DNA from: Candidatus Omnitrophota bacterium
Lineage (GTDB): Bacteria > Omnitrophota > Omnitrophia > Omnitrophales > Aquincolibacteriaceae
Reading direction: 5' to 3'
DNA length: 64,000 nt
Assembly (NCBI GenBank): GCA_043821445.1
Contig: JBDRCT010000034.1
Coordinates: forward strand, 2,210-66,209
The notes beneath the pieces were generated by a model. The model was not told where the DNA came from and searched no databases. It saw only the letters and a program-made list of their open reading frames with translations. Positions 38,984 through 48,679 of this stretch are shown in pieces (the first letter of the stretch is position 1; each line of letters begins with the position of its first letter). The position numbers and the translations under genes are program-made.

Positions 38984-39247
38984 TTAAACGGAAGCAGAGA
39001 TCGCGCGATGAGTAAGGATGAGCTCTTCCAGACGACCCAAAATCACATCACGACGGGAAGAAAGTTTTGCCTCCACCGGGTCGAAAACGATCTTCAACTC
39101 CACGGGAGGACCCAAACGCACCGGGTCGGGAGACCCTTGAAAAGGAGAACTAAGAGGAGCAAAAACAGCACCCAGGGAAGTAAAACTCCCGCAAAAGACC
39201 GCCCCCGCAAACACCCACCGATAAAGAACCGACCGGAAAGTTGCCAT
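38984..39247 (-). CDS. Small hypothetical protein
   Basis: GAGGG RBS; hydrophobic N-terminus; no family recognised. Confidence 0.4.
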   Translation of the reverse strand: MATFRSVLYRWVFAGAVFCGSFTSLGAVFAPLSSPFQGSPDPVRLGPPVELKIVFDPVEAKLSSRRDVILGRLEELILTHRAISASV

Positions 39248-39482
39248 GGCTTTTCACCCTCGTCCAAGTCTTCATGATTTTTATGGATGGCGACTTGGAC
39301 AGCTTTGATTTTCAATTGATTTTAAAAATCGATAATCAAGCGATATTAAAAGCACAGCACAATTCCAAGATTATTGTATACCTAATATCGATGGAAAACC
39401 AAAAAACTTAAGATGTCAGAAATAGTGTTCGAAACATGGCTTATTGAAAAACAGCCCGGGGTCGGCTCATTAAGTTGTGGAC

Positions 39483-39520
39483 AAAAAAAGGCGCGGGACG
39501 GCAGAACCGGCCCACGCCTT
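39483..39520 (-). terminator. Intrinsic terminator
   Basis: AAGGCGTGGGCCGG-TTCTG-CCGTCCCGCGCC followed by T7 on the minus strand, downstream of 39550-39768. Confidence 0.75.
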
Positions 39521-39549
39521 GGAAAGCGTTCGTATTGCTATTCAGGAGC

Positions 39550-39768
39550 CTAGCCTTTCAAGAGAGATACCTTGACGATCCGGCCGATCTTCCCAAAGTT
39601 AATGTTATTTTCACGAGCAAGCCATCCGATAGCCTGGTTGAAAAGGGCTTCATCTGTTCCAACCTCTTTGAGGAGCTTCGTCAGAGTCATCTCCCCCTTA
39701 TGCTCCAACGTCTTATAGATCTTTCCCGCTGTTTCGCCGATTCCGTAATATTGTTCCTGCATGTTCAT
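39550..39768 (-). CDS. Small winged-helix protein (DUF2582-like)
   Basis: IGETAGKIYKTL...AIGWLARENNI. Confidence 0.82.
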   Translation of the reverse strand: MNMQEQYYGIGETAGKIYKTLEHKGEMTLTKLLKEVGTDEALFNQAIGWLARENNINFGKIGRIVKVSLLKG

Positions 39769-39848
39769 CCCCTTTTTGATTTAAAATGATGTAAATAGGA
39801 AATCCTAGCACTGCGTTCTATTGATTTTAAGAGTTTGCAGTACTAGCA

Positions 39849-39933
39849 CCGCCCAAACTTTATATTCTTTTCCGAAATGGTAGTTTGGACGGCCCCAATT
39901 TCAGCTTCGCTGAAATTGATTGGCATTGGGACC
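39849..39933 (-). repeat. 85-bp two-hairpin repeat, copy 4
   Basis: Reverse complement GGTCCC-AATGCCAAT-CAATTTCAGCGAAGCTGAAATTG-GGGCCGTCCAAACT...AGTTTGGGCGG. Confidence 0.85.
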
Positions 39934-39964
39934 GTTAATCCATGAAAGCGAATAGAAAACGGTG

Positions 39965-41542
39965 CTAGAAAACCTCGTGGTCCACATCCGGAAAAATATT
40001 GTCCTTCCCTTCCAGTTCCTTGAGCCAGCCCTCATCTAAACGGTTATTCATGAGTTCCTCATAAATCCTCGTGAAATTGAGGAGATGCTCCTTTGTACGT
40101 TTCACGGCATACGGAACCACCGTGCCCGTATGCAGGATAAAAGCCCAGTCACTTGATTGCGCGAGAAAGAGCTCACGTGCAGCCTGTTTGAGCGCCCGGC
40201 CGGCAACTCCGTTCTGCCCCCTGAATTTCTGGGCCATCTCGCTCATGCGCAGTGACGCCTTGTGAAGATGGCGATAGATCCAGTCGTTGGCTCCGGAAAG
40301 CCAAGTCTCGCTGTACCCCTTCCAACCCCAGCTTGAAAAGCACGGCGTGGAAACCTGATTCACAGGATACTCTTTGAAATAATCTGAGGGCGCGATCAAA
40401 CGGAACGTCTTCTGATCAAAGGCGGTCTTACGCACAAAAAAGTTCAGGAACTCCGGGCCTTCATACCACCAATGTCCGTAGAGCTCCGCGTCATAAGGAG
40501 CTACAATGAGGGGCTTCCGGCCCATAAAATCATAAAGATATTCTGCTTGTTTCTCGCGATTAAACATAAAATTTGAGGCATGATTTGCGGCCTTTTGTAT
40601 GGCCCAACCGCGAACGTACGGCTGTTTTTCCTCCGTACTGCCCGTAATGCGGTGATATTTGATGCCGGTGTTAACACGCAGACCGTCGGGAGAAATATAG
40701 GGACGAATATAATCGAAATCCAGTTCAAAACCGATATCGCGATAAAATTCGCGGTAATCCGGATCACCCGGATATCCTTCAATGGCCGACCAGACCTGCT
40801 TGGAAGATTCCACGTCACGGCCGAACGCAGCCACCCCGCTCGGGCAAAAGATCGGTGCGAAAACTCCGTATTTCGGGCGCGGTGAGGCGTGAAGAATGCC
40901 ATGCGTATCGGTCAAAAAGTAGCGGATGCCTTGCTCTTTTAAGTATTTATCCACTCCCGGGTAATAGCCGCATTCGGGAAGCCAAATGCCGATCGGACGA
41001 CGACCGAGCACTTTTTCATAAAGCTCCGTCGCGGTCTTGATCTGACCGCGGACGGTCCCTTCGTTACGGTTGATCAAAGGAAGAAATCCATGGGTGGCTG
41101 CGCAGGTAAGGATTTCAAGATGCCCGTGATCCTGGAATTTCCGGAAAGCCTGCGTAAGGTCCTTGTGATAACGGTTCAAAAACGTGTCCTTCGCGCGCGT
41201 GAATTCCCAGTAATAATGAAGTGCTGTTTCGTGGAACTCGGACTGGAAACGCGTACGATCGATCTCTTTATTGGCCAGCTCGATCATCTTGTCCAAATGC
41301 CGTAGATAGCGATCCTGTAAAAGCTCATCCTGCAACATGGACATCAGCGAAGGCGTCAGGGACATCGTAAGCCGCCAAGGAACATGGTCCCGCTCCAAAC
41401 CTTCGAACATATGGATGAGAGGAATGTAGGTCTCAGTGATGGCTTCGTAAAGCCAGGCTTCTTCTAAGAAATATTCGTGTTCAGGATGGCGGATGAACGG
41501 CAGATGCGCGTGAAGCACTATGGAAAGAAAACCTTTTTCCAT
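39965..41542 (-). CDS. GH57 1,4-alpha-glucan branching enzyme (DUF1957 domain)
   Basis: VLHAHLPF, WLYEAITETYIP, GIWLPECGY, PYDAELYGHWWYEG, AQSSDWAF. Confidence 0.93.
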   Translation of the reverse strand: MEKGFLSIVLHAHLPFIRHPEHEYFLEEAWLYEAITETYIPLIHMFEGLERDHVPWRLTMSLTPSLMSMLQDELLQDRYLRHLDKMIELANKEIDRTRFQSEFHETALHYYWEFTRAKDTFLNRYHKDLTQAFRKFQDHGHLEILTCAATHGFLPLINRNEGTVRGQIKTATELYEKVLGRRPIGIWLPECGYYPGVDKYLKEQGIRYFLTDTHGILHASPRPKYGVFAPIFCPSGVAAFGRDVESSKQVWSAIEGYPGDPDYREFYRDIGFELDFDYIRPYISPDGLRVNTGIKYHRITGSTEEKQPYVRGWAIQKAANHASNFMFNREKQAEYLYDFMGRKPLIVAPYDAELYGHWWYEGPEFLNFFVRKTAFDQKTFRLIAPSDYFKEYPVNQVSTPCFSSWGWKGYSETWLSGANDWIYRHLHKASLRMSEMAQKFRGQNGVAGRALKQAARELFLAQSSDWAFILHTGTVVPYAVKRTKEHLLNFTRIYEELMNNRLDEGWLKELEGKDNIFPDVDHEVF

Positions 41543-41544
41543 AG

Positions 41545-42585
41545 TTACGGGTGCTTTCCTGCCTTAATGACAGGCGCGGGCCTTTCTGTGTTGCGGCTCA
41601 CGATCGGGGTAATGACCCTTTCTTCAACGCCGTCCGCGGATTTGGCGTGGCAATCAAAGATGAATTTTCCGTCCGGAAGCCCGTAGCGGAGCGTGAAGGT
41701 GCCGTCCGGCCGTAGCTGAACGGGTCTTCCCTGCATGGTGACCTTGGCATTCGGCTCCGTGCCACCATAAATGATGAGCTCACATTCAAGCCAGAAATGA
41801 AAACCACGTTGTTTGATCCTGACCGGACTGGAAAGGCTGGAAACAGCGCCAGCCCCGGAGCCTGACGTGATCGCGCTCCTGAGGCGTTCTTCCATGAGTC
41901 TGCGGAGTTCGGCAGAACTTTTGCCGACCTGGAACCCCCCCGAAAGGGCGTACATCTTGTCAAAATCGATCGACATCCACTGATCATCAATGATCTCGGA
42001 CATCCCGGACCTTGGCGTAGTCACATGATTGGAGCGGGCAAGGCAGATGAATCGACCGTCACGGTGCAGGAGTCCGATCTCGACGAAATAGCTGCGGTTC
42101 GGCTGGGTGTTGATATACCAACATCTCGCCATATCCTGGAGCACAATATCAGAAAAGGAAGGTGTCTTGCCTTTTTCTGTAACGTCATAGACACGGAGCA
42201 CAGAGACGACATTCTCCAAACTCCCGCCGAGGTTCGCAAGATGATGCCGCTGGTGACCCTCCTGGATCTCCCAGTAGGCATAGATCCAGTACGGATCCCG
42301 AACAAGAAGATAGATCTGATTGTCGCCATAGTTGTCCGGAAGTTCGCCCGGCATCTCCCGATAAGTCCGCGCCTCGACTTCCGGAGGCATGACCCAAGCC
42401 TCAGAATCAGACGCCAGAGGCTGTTTTGGGGAAGGGACCGAAGCAGATCGTTTGATGACGGGGACCCGCTTAAGAGTTGATGCGACCGGCTTGGCCGCAG
42501 TTTTTTTTATGGAGGCGTTGCCGTGCACCTTTTTAGGAGGCTCTTCACTGACTATCCTGGTTTTCTTGCGAGGCGACAAGGCCAT
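41545..42585 (-). CDS. DUF4912 domain protein
   Basis: LPDNYG...LLVRDPYWIYAYWE, LRVYDVT, LARSN.V.TPR, ELIIYGGTEP; typical partner of GH57 genes. Confidence 0.85.
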   Translation of the reverse strand: MALSPRKKTRIVSEEPPKKVHGNASIKKTAAKPVASTLKRVPVIKRSASVPSPKQPLASDSEAWVMPPEVEARTYREMPGELPDNYGDNQIYLLVRDPYWIYAYWEIQEGHQRHHLANLGGSLENVVSVLRVYDVTEKGKTPSFSDIVLQDMARCWYINTQPNRSYFVEIGLLHRDGRFICLARSNHVTTPRSGMSEIIDDQWMSIDFDKMYALSGGFQVGKSSAELRRLMEERLRSAITSGSGAGAVSSLSSPVRIKQRGFHFWLECELIIYGGTEPNAKVTMQGRPVQLRPDGTFTLRYGLPDGKFIFDCHAKSADGVEERVITPIVSRNTERPAPVIKAGKHP

Positions 42586-42870
42586 CAGTCCGGTCTCTTT
42601 TTAGGATCATTTTCACGCAGTGAAAACAGCACTCTTACTTTCATGCGCTAGCTCAAGAATAAAACGGTTATAAGCAAATAGGGATAATAATAGCGTCAAA
42701 ACCCTGTCAAGTATTTACCACGACCGGATGGAATGTGTTGTAGATGATATCAAAAGAGCGGAAGTATGGCAATAGATGATTTTTTTGTGATTTTTCCAAT
42801 CCCTTCCCGGAAAATCTCCCCCCCTCCCCCTCCCTTGGGAATGCCAAACAACCCCCAAGAGCCAGGAACA

Positions 42871-43488
42871 TCAAGAAAAATTGAGCTTTTCAAAAAAGAT
42901 CAGGTAAAGAGCAACTAATACAAGCACCCCGGAAGAAATTCGGGACAGAAACGAGTGATTCTCCTCACTCCATCGTTTTAACTTCTTTAAAAAAATGAAC
43001 GCTAGCAGGACGAACCAAAACATAGCGCCGATCAGAAAGCCTCCAAGAAAAAGCTCCTTGAACCACAGCGCACGCGCCTCGGGAAAATGGGTCCTGAGAA
43101 AACCGATAATTCCAACCCACATCAGGAGAACCACGGGATTTGTGATGACTACTAAAAATCCCACGAGGAAATTCTTTGTTGGATTCCTTTTACTGACCTC
43201 CTCGCTCTGCTCGCGAGATTTGCCATGAGCCCAAAAACCACGCGCCGCCAATGACAAGATCACTCCGATCCCGACCCACCGGATAATCCCCCAATATTCC
43301 GGATGGTCCAAAAGAGGCTGCGTACCCGTAAAACCGATCGAAAGAAACATCATATCCGCCAGGATCGCCCCGCAACCTACCAAAAAGGCTGCGGTACGTC
43401 CCCGCTTGAGCCCGCGCTGGATCGCGATCAGATCGATCTGCCAGCCAAAACAGGAAGCCAGAAAACCGGCCAGGATCCCGAGGAACAT
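42871..43488 (-). CDS. LysE family translocator
   Basis: About six TMs, GLKRG..AFLVG.G..LAD, FLVGFLV.ITNP; TAATG overlap with the pssA stop. Confidence 0.8.
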   Translation of the reverse strand: MFLGILAGFLASCFGWQIDLIAIQRGLKRGRTAAFLVGCGAILADMMFLSIGFTGTQPLLDHPEYWGIIRWVGIGVILSLAARGFWAHGKSREQSEEVSKRNPTKNFLVGFLVVITNPVVLLMWVGIIGFLRTHFPEARALWFKELFLGGFLIGAMFWFVLLAFIFLKKLKRWSEENHSFLSRISSGVLVLVALYLIFFEKLNFS

Positions 43489-44228
43489 TAAGTACACCCT
43501 CCCGCGTCCGGAGTATCCCCGTCTGAAGCTTTACGAAATGATACGCAGTAGAACGGGGAAAGTACAATGAATGTCAAAAAGATCGCGGCGATTGCACTTT
43601 CAATATTGAGATAGAAAAATACCGCGAAAAACACAGCCACCTGCACGACGAACAAAGTCCGCCAGGAACGGAACTTGATGGCCGAAACCTTCGGGTAAGG
43701 AATATCACTTGCCATGAGAAAGCCAAGCGCTGTCATCAGAAATACTTCGCTGATCAGGGAGAGAGATCGATCGGCCCACAGGTTCTTGTGAAAAGCCAGT
43801 ATGGTCATCATAAGCGTCAGGCCCGCAGCCGGCGTCGGAAGTCCTTCGAAATGCCCTCCGTGGACCGGATTTACGTTAAACCGTGCTAGACGAAAAATGC
43901 CGGCACAGAGATAGAACACGATGACCAAAAGAAGCGCCATGGGCGAATTCTGAAAAAAAGCCTTGTAGACGAGCATGCAAGGAGCTACCACGAAAGAAAC
44001 CGCGTCGGCCAGCGAATCCAGTTCGCGGCCAAATTCCGTTTCATTTCCGAAGATCCGGGCCACATGACCGTCCAAGGAATCGAGGATAAGGGCGAGAAAA
44101 ACAAGCCAGACGGCAAATTCATATCTTTCCTGAACGCTCATCAAGATCGAAAAAAAACCCGAAACGAGATTGAGCATCGTGATCATGTTGGGAAAGGCGG
44201 CACTCGTAAAATAAAAACGTTTCTTCAT
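43488..44228 (-). CDS. pssA: CDP-diacylglycerol--serine O-phosphatidyltransferase
   Basis: PNMITMLN, DSLDGHVAR..FGRELDSLADAVSF, RLARFN, FEGLPTPA. Confidence 0.93.
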   Translation of the reverse strand: MKKRFYFTSAAFPNMITMLNLVSGFFSILMSVQERYEFAVWLVFLALILDSLDGHVARIFGNETEFGRELDSLADAVSFVVAPCMLVYKAFFQNSPMALLLVIVFYLCAGIFRLARFNVNPVHGGHFEGLPTPAAGLTLMMTILAFHKNLWADRSLSLISEVFLMTALGFLMASDIPYPKVSAIKFRSWRTLFVVQVAVFFAVFFYLNIESAIAAIFLTFIVLSPFYCVSFRKASDGDTPDAGGCT

Positions 44229-44231
44229 CTC

Positions 44232-44879
44232 TTAGCCCTCCTCAATCCACGCTCCAAGGAGCGTCCTTCCGCCGGTGACATGCTGTCCGACCCGGATATC
44301 CGCCCGGAACATCCGTTGTGGGACATAGATCTCGACCCCGGACCCATAGCAAATCACGCCAAGCTTTTCCCCGCGCCCCATGACCTGTCCGATGGTTACG
44401 TCAGAGTAGATGCGCCGCGCGATCGCACCGGCCAGTTGACGCACCAGGACCCGCCGTGCGCGGTTCTCGATACAGATCCAGTTGGATTCGTTATGGTCGA
44501 AAGCATCCTTGCGCAACGCGTTTAAAAACTTCCCCTTTACGTAATTCTGATATTTAACGATGCCCGCCAAAGGCGCGCGTGTGGTATGCACGTCAAAGAT
44601 CGAAAGAAAGATACGGATACGCACCGCCTGCTCATGGAGAAATTTATCTTCAAATATCTCGTCAATTTTGACCACCGTCCCGTCCGCAGGCGCAAGAGGC
44701 CCCTGTTCTCTCGGAGACTCCCGTTGGGGATCCCTGAAAAAAAGAAGCTGTGCCACAAGAAGAAACACAAGCACGGAAGCCGCGTACGGAATGGGCCAAA
44801 ACCTTTCCACAATGAGGAGGACGCCTAAAAACATGACGCCGGGCCACACCCGCCTGTCGAGAGGAATCCTATGCGTCAT
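44232..44879 (-). CDS. psd: Phosphatidylserine decarboxylase proenzyme (short type)
   Basis: FFRDPQR, APADG.V, IFLSIFDVH..RAP, QLAGAIARRI, YG-SGV cleavage site; ATGA overlap with the upstream radical SAM gene. Confidence 0.92.
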   Translation of the reverse strand: MTHRIPLDRRVWPGVMFLGVLLIVERFWPIPYAASVLVFLLVAQLLFFRDPQRESPREQGPLAPADGTVVKIDEIFEDKFLHEQAVRIRIFLSIFDVHTTRAPLAGIVKYQNYVKGKFLNALRKDAFDHNESNWICIENRARRVLVRQLAGAIARRIYSDVTIGQVMGRGEKLGVICYGSGVEIYVPQRMFRADIRVGQHVTGGRTLLGAWIEEG

Positions 44880-46492
44880 AATGCGGCCACCGGAACTCCC
44901 TCCGCTTTTGCAAGTCGGGAACCTGCGTCCATGGATCCATCCGCATCTTCGAAAGGCGGTTTCTTGGGATCCTGGCCTTCCGGGATCCCCTGAGTTTCGG
45001 TCACATATTTGCGAAAGGCCCGGTGTGTCGCGATCCAACGGAAAAATTCCAGCCACTTGCTCACGGAAAAAGGTCCCCCCTTGGCGACACGCCAGAAGGT
45101 TCCGGAAAAAAATCTCATGCGCTCCAGATCCCATGTGAAGAGATAGTAAACTAAAAGTTTGAACAAAAGATAAGTAAATTTAAAGTCCAGAGACGCCCGC
45201 TTGTGCTCCGGATTGAGATTCCTGAAACGGCTCAAGGCCGTTACCAACCGGTCCCCGTAACTGTCATAGCGATAAAGACATCGGCTCAGCCAGTTGTAAC
45301 CCTGGTGGAGCTCTTCAAGGGTCATGTTCTTCGGAACGAAGTTGCAATCGGAGGAGCCATGCCCATTCATCTCAGTCCACTCCAGATCCAAGAGGCGACC
45401 TTCTGCTTCCAGCCGCCTGATCAGGGGCGTGTTGGGGAGCGCCATAAGCGTCCCGCAGGTCGTGAACGGGATCCCAAGCTCCTGCAGGAAGTCATAATGT
45501 TCTTTGAATATTTTTTTATCATCCGCATCGAACCCTACGATCATCCCGGCCACCACAGTTATGTGATAGGAATGGATGCGTTTGATATCCTCCAGGACAT
45601 TCTCACGCGTGTTCTGCACCTTGCCCGACTCCACAAGGCTCTCGCGGCGCGGCGTTTCGATCCCGACGAAGACCGAATAAAAATTCGCGGCCTGAAGCAG
45701 TTCCAGAAGATCGGGATGGTGAGCCACATTGATCGTCAACTCGCAGGAGAATTCTATGGGGTAACCGTTCTCTTTTGAATAATCCGCCAGCGCCGTAAGA
45801 AGCTCCCTGGCGAAAGGGATATTGCCGATGAAATTCGCGTCACCAAAAACAATATAGTGCGCGCCCTGTTTCACACAATGATCCACTTCCGCAAGCACTT
45901 GCGGAATGGTCTTCGTGCGCGGCACACGTCCGTCCATCACGATAATGTCGCAGAATTCACAATTAAAAGGACAGCCCCGGCTTGTTTGGAGCGAGAACAT
46001 ATTGTACCGGTCCCCACGGATAAGGTTATAGCGCGGAGCCGGACTTTTACGGATGTCCGCCTTGGCAACGGCCTTGTAAAGTTCCCGGGTTGTCCCATGC
46101 TCAAAATCACGGAGGAATTCGGGCCAGATCTCCTCAGCCTCTCCCACAATGCGGTAGTCGCACTTCCCCTCGAACGCCTCAGGGAAAAGACTGTTGTAAG
46201 GCCCGCCGACGGCGATCTTTTTCCCGCGTTTCTTGAACTCCTCAATGATCTCAAGCGACCGGTGATACTGGACATTAAAAGCGCTGATTGCGATCAAGTC
46301 TGCGGAATTTTCAAAATTAATGTCCTCGACATTTTCGTCGGCGATTTCGACTTCCCAGGGCTCAGGCGTAAGGGCAGCAACGGTGGCAAGACCGAGAGGC
46401 GTGGTAGAAAAACGGGTCCCGGTGAGCGGCTGGAGCCCCTCAAAAGACCATATGGTCGGTTGGAAACGAGGATTGATCAGATAGACTTTCAC
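44876..46492 (-). CDS. Cobalamin-binding radical SAM protein (HpnP/DUF4070-like)
   Basis: PLGLATVAALTP..DENV B12 domain; SRGCPFNCEFC; VFVGIET; GMIVGFDAD. Confidence 0.88.
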   Translation of the reverse strand: MKVYLINPRFQPTIWSFEGLQPLTGTRFSTTPLGLATVAALTPEPWEVEIADENVEDINFENSADLIAISAFNVQYHRSLEIIEEFKKRGKKIAVGGPYNSLFPEAFEGKCDYRIVGEAEEIWPEFLRDFEHGTTRELYKAVAKADIRKSPAPRYNLIRGDRYNMFSLQTSRGCPFNCEFCDIIVMDGRVPRTKTIPQVLAEVDHCVKQGAHYIVFGDANFIGNIPFARELLTALADYSKENGYPIEFSCELTINVAHHPDLLELLQAANFYSVFVGIETPRRESLVESGKVQNTRENVLEDIKRIHSYHITVVAGMIVGFDADDKKIFKEHYDFLQELGIPFTTCGTLMALPNTPLIRRLEAEGRLLDLEWTEMNGHGSSDCNFVPKNMTLEELHQGYNWLSRCLYRYDSYGDRLVTALSRFRNLNPEHKRASLDFKFTYLLFKLLVYYLFTWDLERMRFFSGTFWRVAKGGPFSVSKWLEFFRWIATHRAFRKYVTETQGIPEGQDPKKPPFEDADGSMDAGSRLAKAEGVPVAAL

Positions 46493-46540
46493 GATCGGCT
46501 TGTGCTTTCTCTCATGGGAATTGTCGCCATGAACATATTT

Positions 46541-48632
46541 TTAATGCTTGCGTAAAAAAATCCCGGAAATGAGTATGGAAAGCATGAATCGGGCAAACAA
46601 GACCGCCTCCTCGATCGTCGCGAGAAAAACACGGATATAGTTGATCCTCAGCACATCTCCTCGTCGGCAGGAGACTTTGACATTTTCCCAAAATCTCTGG
46701 AGGGGTTCACGCGTGGAAGTCAGACGGAGCGAAAAAAGGTTCAGCTTGTCCACCCATATCTGGAACCGCGAAGGGATCCGGAACCGGTAAATATTCTTTT
46801 TCTCAAGCGCTGCAGCGGCTTTCTGATAAAGATGCAAAAGCTCAGAGGTCCGGAGGTCCCGCCATTCTTTCGCGCATTGGGTCAAGCGAATGATCTCGGA
46901 GACCACTTTCTCTTCAAGCGGACTACGACGGCGGGTCGCAAGCCAGACTTCTTCAAGCTCGAGCGTCAGCTTGTACCAACCTTTTATGGAGTGCAAAACG
47001 TCAGAGAATCTCCGCTTGAAATAGACCCAACGCTTCTCGATCGGATAGCCTGTCCGGCGTTCCAAACGTCCCTTCAAGCGAAAAAACCCACTGATCATGG
47101 GATGACCCCCTTCGACATCGATGGAATTCTTGTACCACATGAAATTCGAGAAGATCCCCCAATAGTTATCCCCCTTGAGGTCCCCGGGCCAGGATCCTTT
47201 TCATGTTCTCGGTGCTATAGAAAGTCTGCCACGCATCTTCGTAAGCCGTGAGCCATTCCCCAGGCTTCATCCTCGGATGACGGTGCGTTTCATGGAACGT
47301 ATCATAATTATTAAGGTCCGCATCCATCAACATCTCTTTTTCCAAAGCTCTTTTGTAGTCCATGGAGCCCGGAAGCGGTGTCATCATGAAAAATGAAGCC
47401 TGTCCTGCGCCAAACGACATCAGCTTTTCGACATCCTGTTTGACGGACTCGACCGTGTCCAAGGGAAACCCGATGATGTAGGCCAAGTGGCACACAACAT
47501 CCACTTCGTGAAAAGCATCTACCAGTTTTTTAAAGTTTTCAATGTCATTCTGGTTCTTCTTTGCCGCTTTAAGATTTTCCTGATTCAAACTTTCGATGCC
47601 GATAAAGACCTGCCGGCAACCGGCCCGGGCCGCTTTCTCCACAAAATTAGGTACGAGATACGCCTGGGTATCCAACTGCATCATGTAGTGGAATGGGATC
47701 CCCTCTTTTTCTTTGAGTTCGATCACCCGGTCCAGTATCTCCTCCCAGTATTTGTTGCGGCAGAAATTATCATCCGTGAAAAAATAATGGGAGATCTGAT
47801 GCTGACGGTAATCTCTCCGGAATGTCTCGATCAAAAGGTCCACATCACGGAAACGCATCTTGCGGCCCTGAACATTAATGACGGTGCAGAAGTTGCATCC
47901 GAAGGGGCATCCCCGGCCGCAGTCAAGCGTTCCAAAATGCTCCAGCGCGTAATGGGTCTGATGTTTGGGATTGATGCGTGGAAAGGGGGCTTTGGAAATA
48001 TCCGGGATATCCTTTAAAAAATTATAAACGGGTTTGAGCCGGTCATGGATGGCATCGCTCAGCACCTGCTCCCAGTGCCCTCCCTCGGCTTCACCCGCCG
48101 TGAGGCTCACGCCGGCATTACGAAGCGTTACAAGTTCCGGGGAAAGATCGGGCAGGGTCGCCATGACGCCGCTCACATGAAAACCGCCCACCAAAACGTC
48201 GATCCCGGCCTGGCGGAACTTCATCGCAATATCCGAAGCCCGCGGCATTTGATTGGATTGGACCCCCACGAGACAGATCACGGTCTTGGTCCTGATCTGA
48301 CGACTTTCCCTTATGATCTTTCTATAGGGAATTCCCTGCACCGTATCGTCAATGAGGGTGATCTCCCAAGCCAGGTCCCTGCCCAACACACCGCGATCCC
48401 GGGCGTCTTCGCTCAACCCATTCAGGCAGGAAAGTGTATTGCTGGGAAGAACGCCCTTCCAATAGCGGATCAAATACCCCTCATCATCATATTTGGAGGG
48501 TTTGATCAGAAAAAGATGGAAACGTTTGTATTTGTGGGGACTCACTCGGAGGGACCCCTTACCTTGGGCCTCAAAAAAGGTCTCCAAAGAACAGCAAGGC
48601 GCAGGAGATTTTGGATTTTCGCAAATCTTCAT
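46541..48632 (-). pseudogene. Second cobalamin-binding radical SAM gene, split by a one-base frameshift (ORFs 47166-48632 and 46541-47140)
   Basis: LIKPSKYDDEGY, GRGCPFGCNFC, FFTDDNF; deleting one G of the G5 run at 47170-47174 joins the ORFs as RGPQGDNYWGIFSNFMWYKNS. Confidence 0.75.
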
Positions 48633-48679
48633 GGGGAATAATTATACTCTATCTTTAGGATAACTGCTAGAAATGGTTT

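Noticed and set aside
12785-39933. CRISPR interpretation of the CAATTTC..GAAATTG repeats
   Set aside because: Copies are up to kilobases apart, in both orientations, with no spacers and no cas genes.
42800-42860. C-rich tract CTCCCCCCCTCCCCCTCCC (G-quadruplex-like on the minus strand)
   Set aside because: Single occurrence with no supporting evidence of function.
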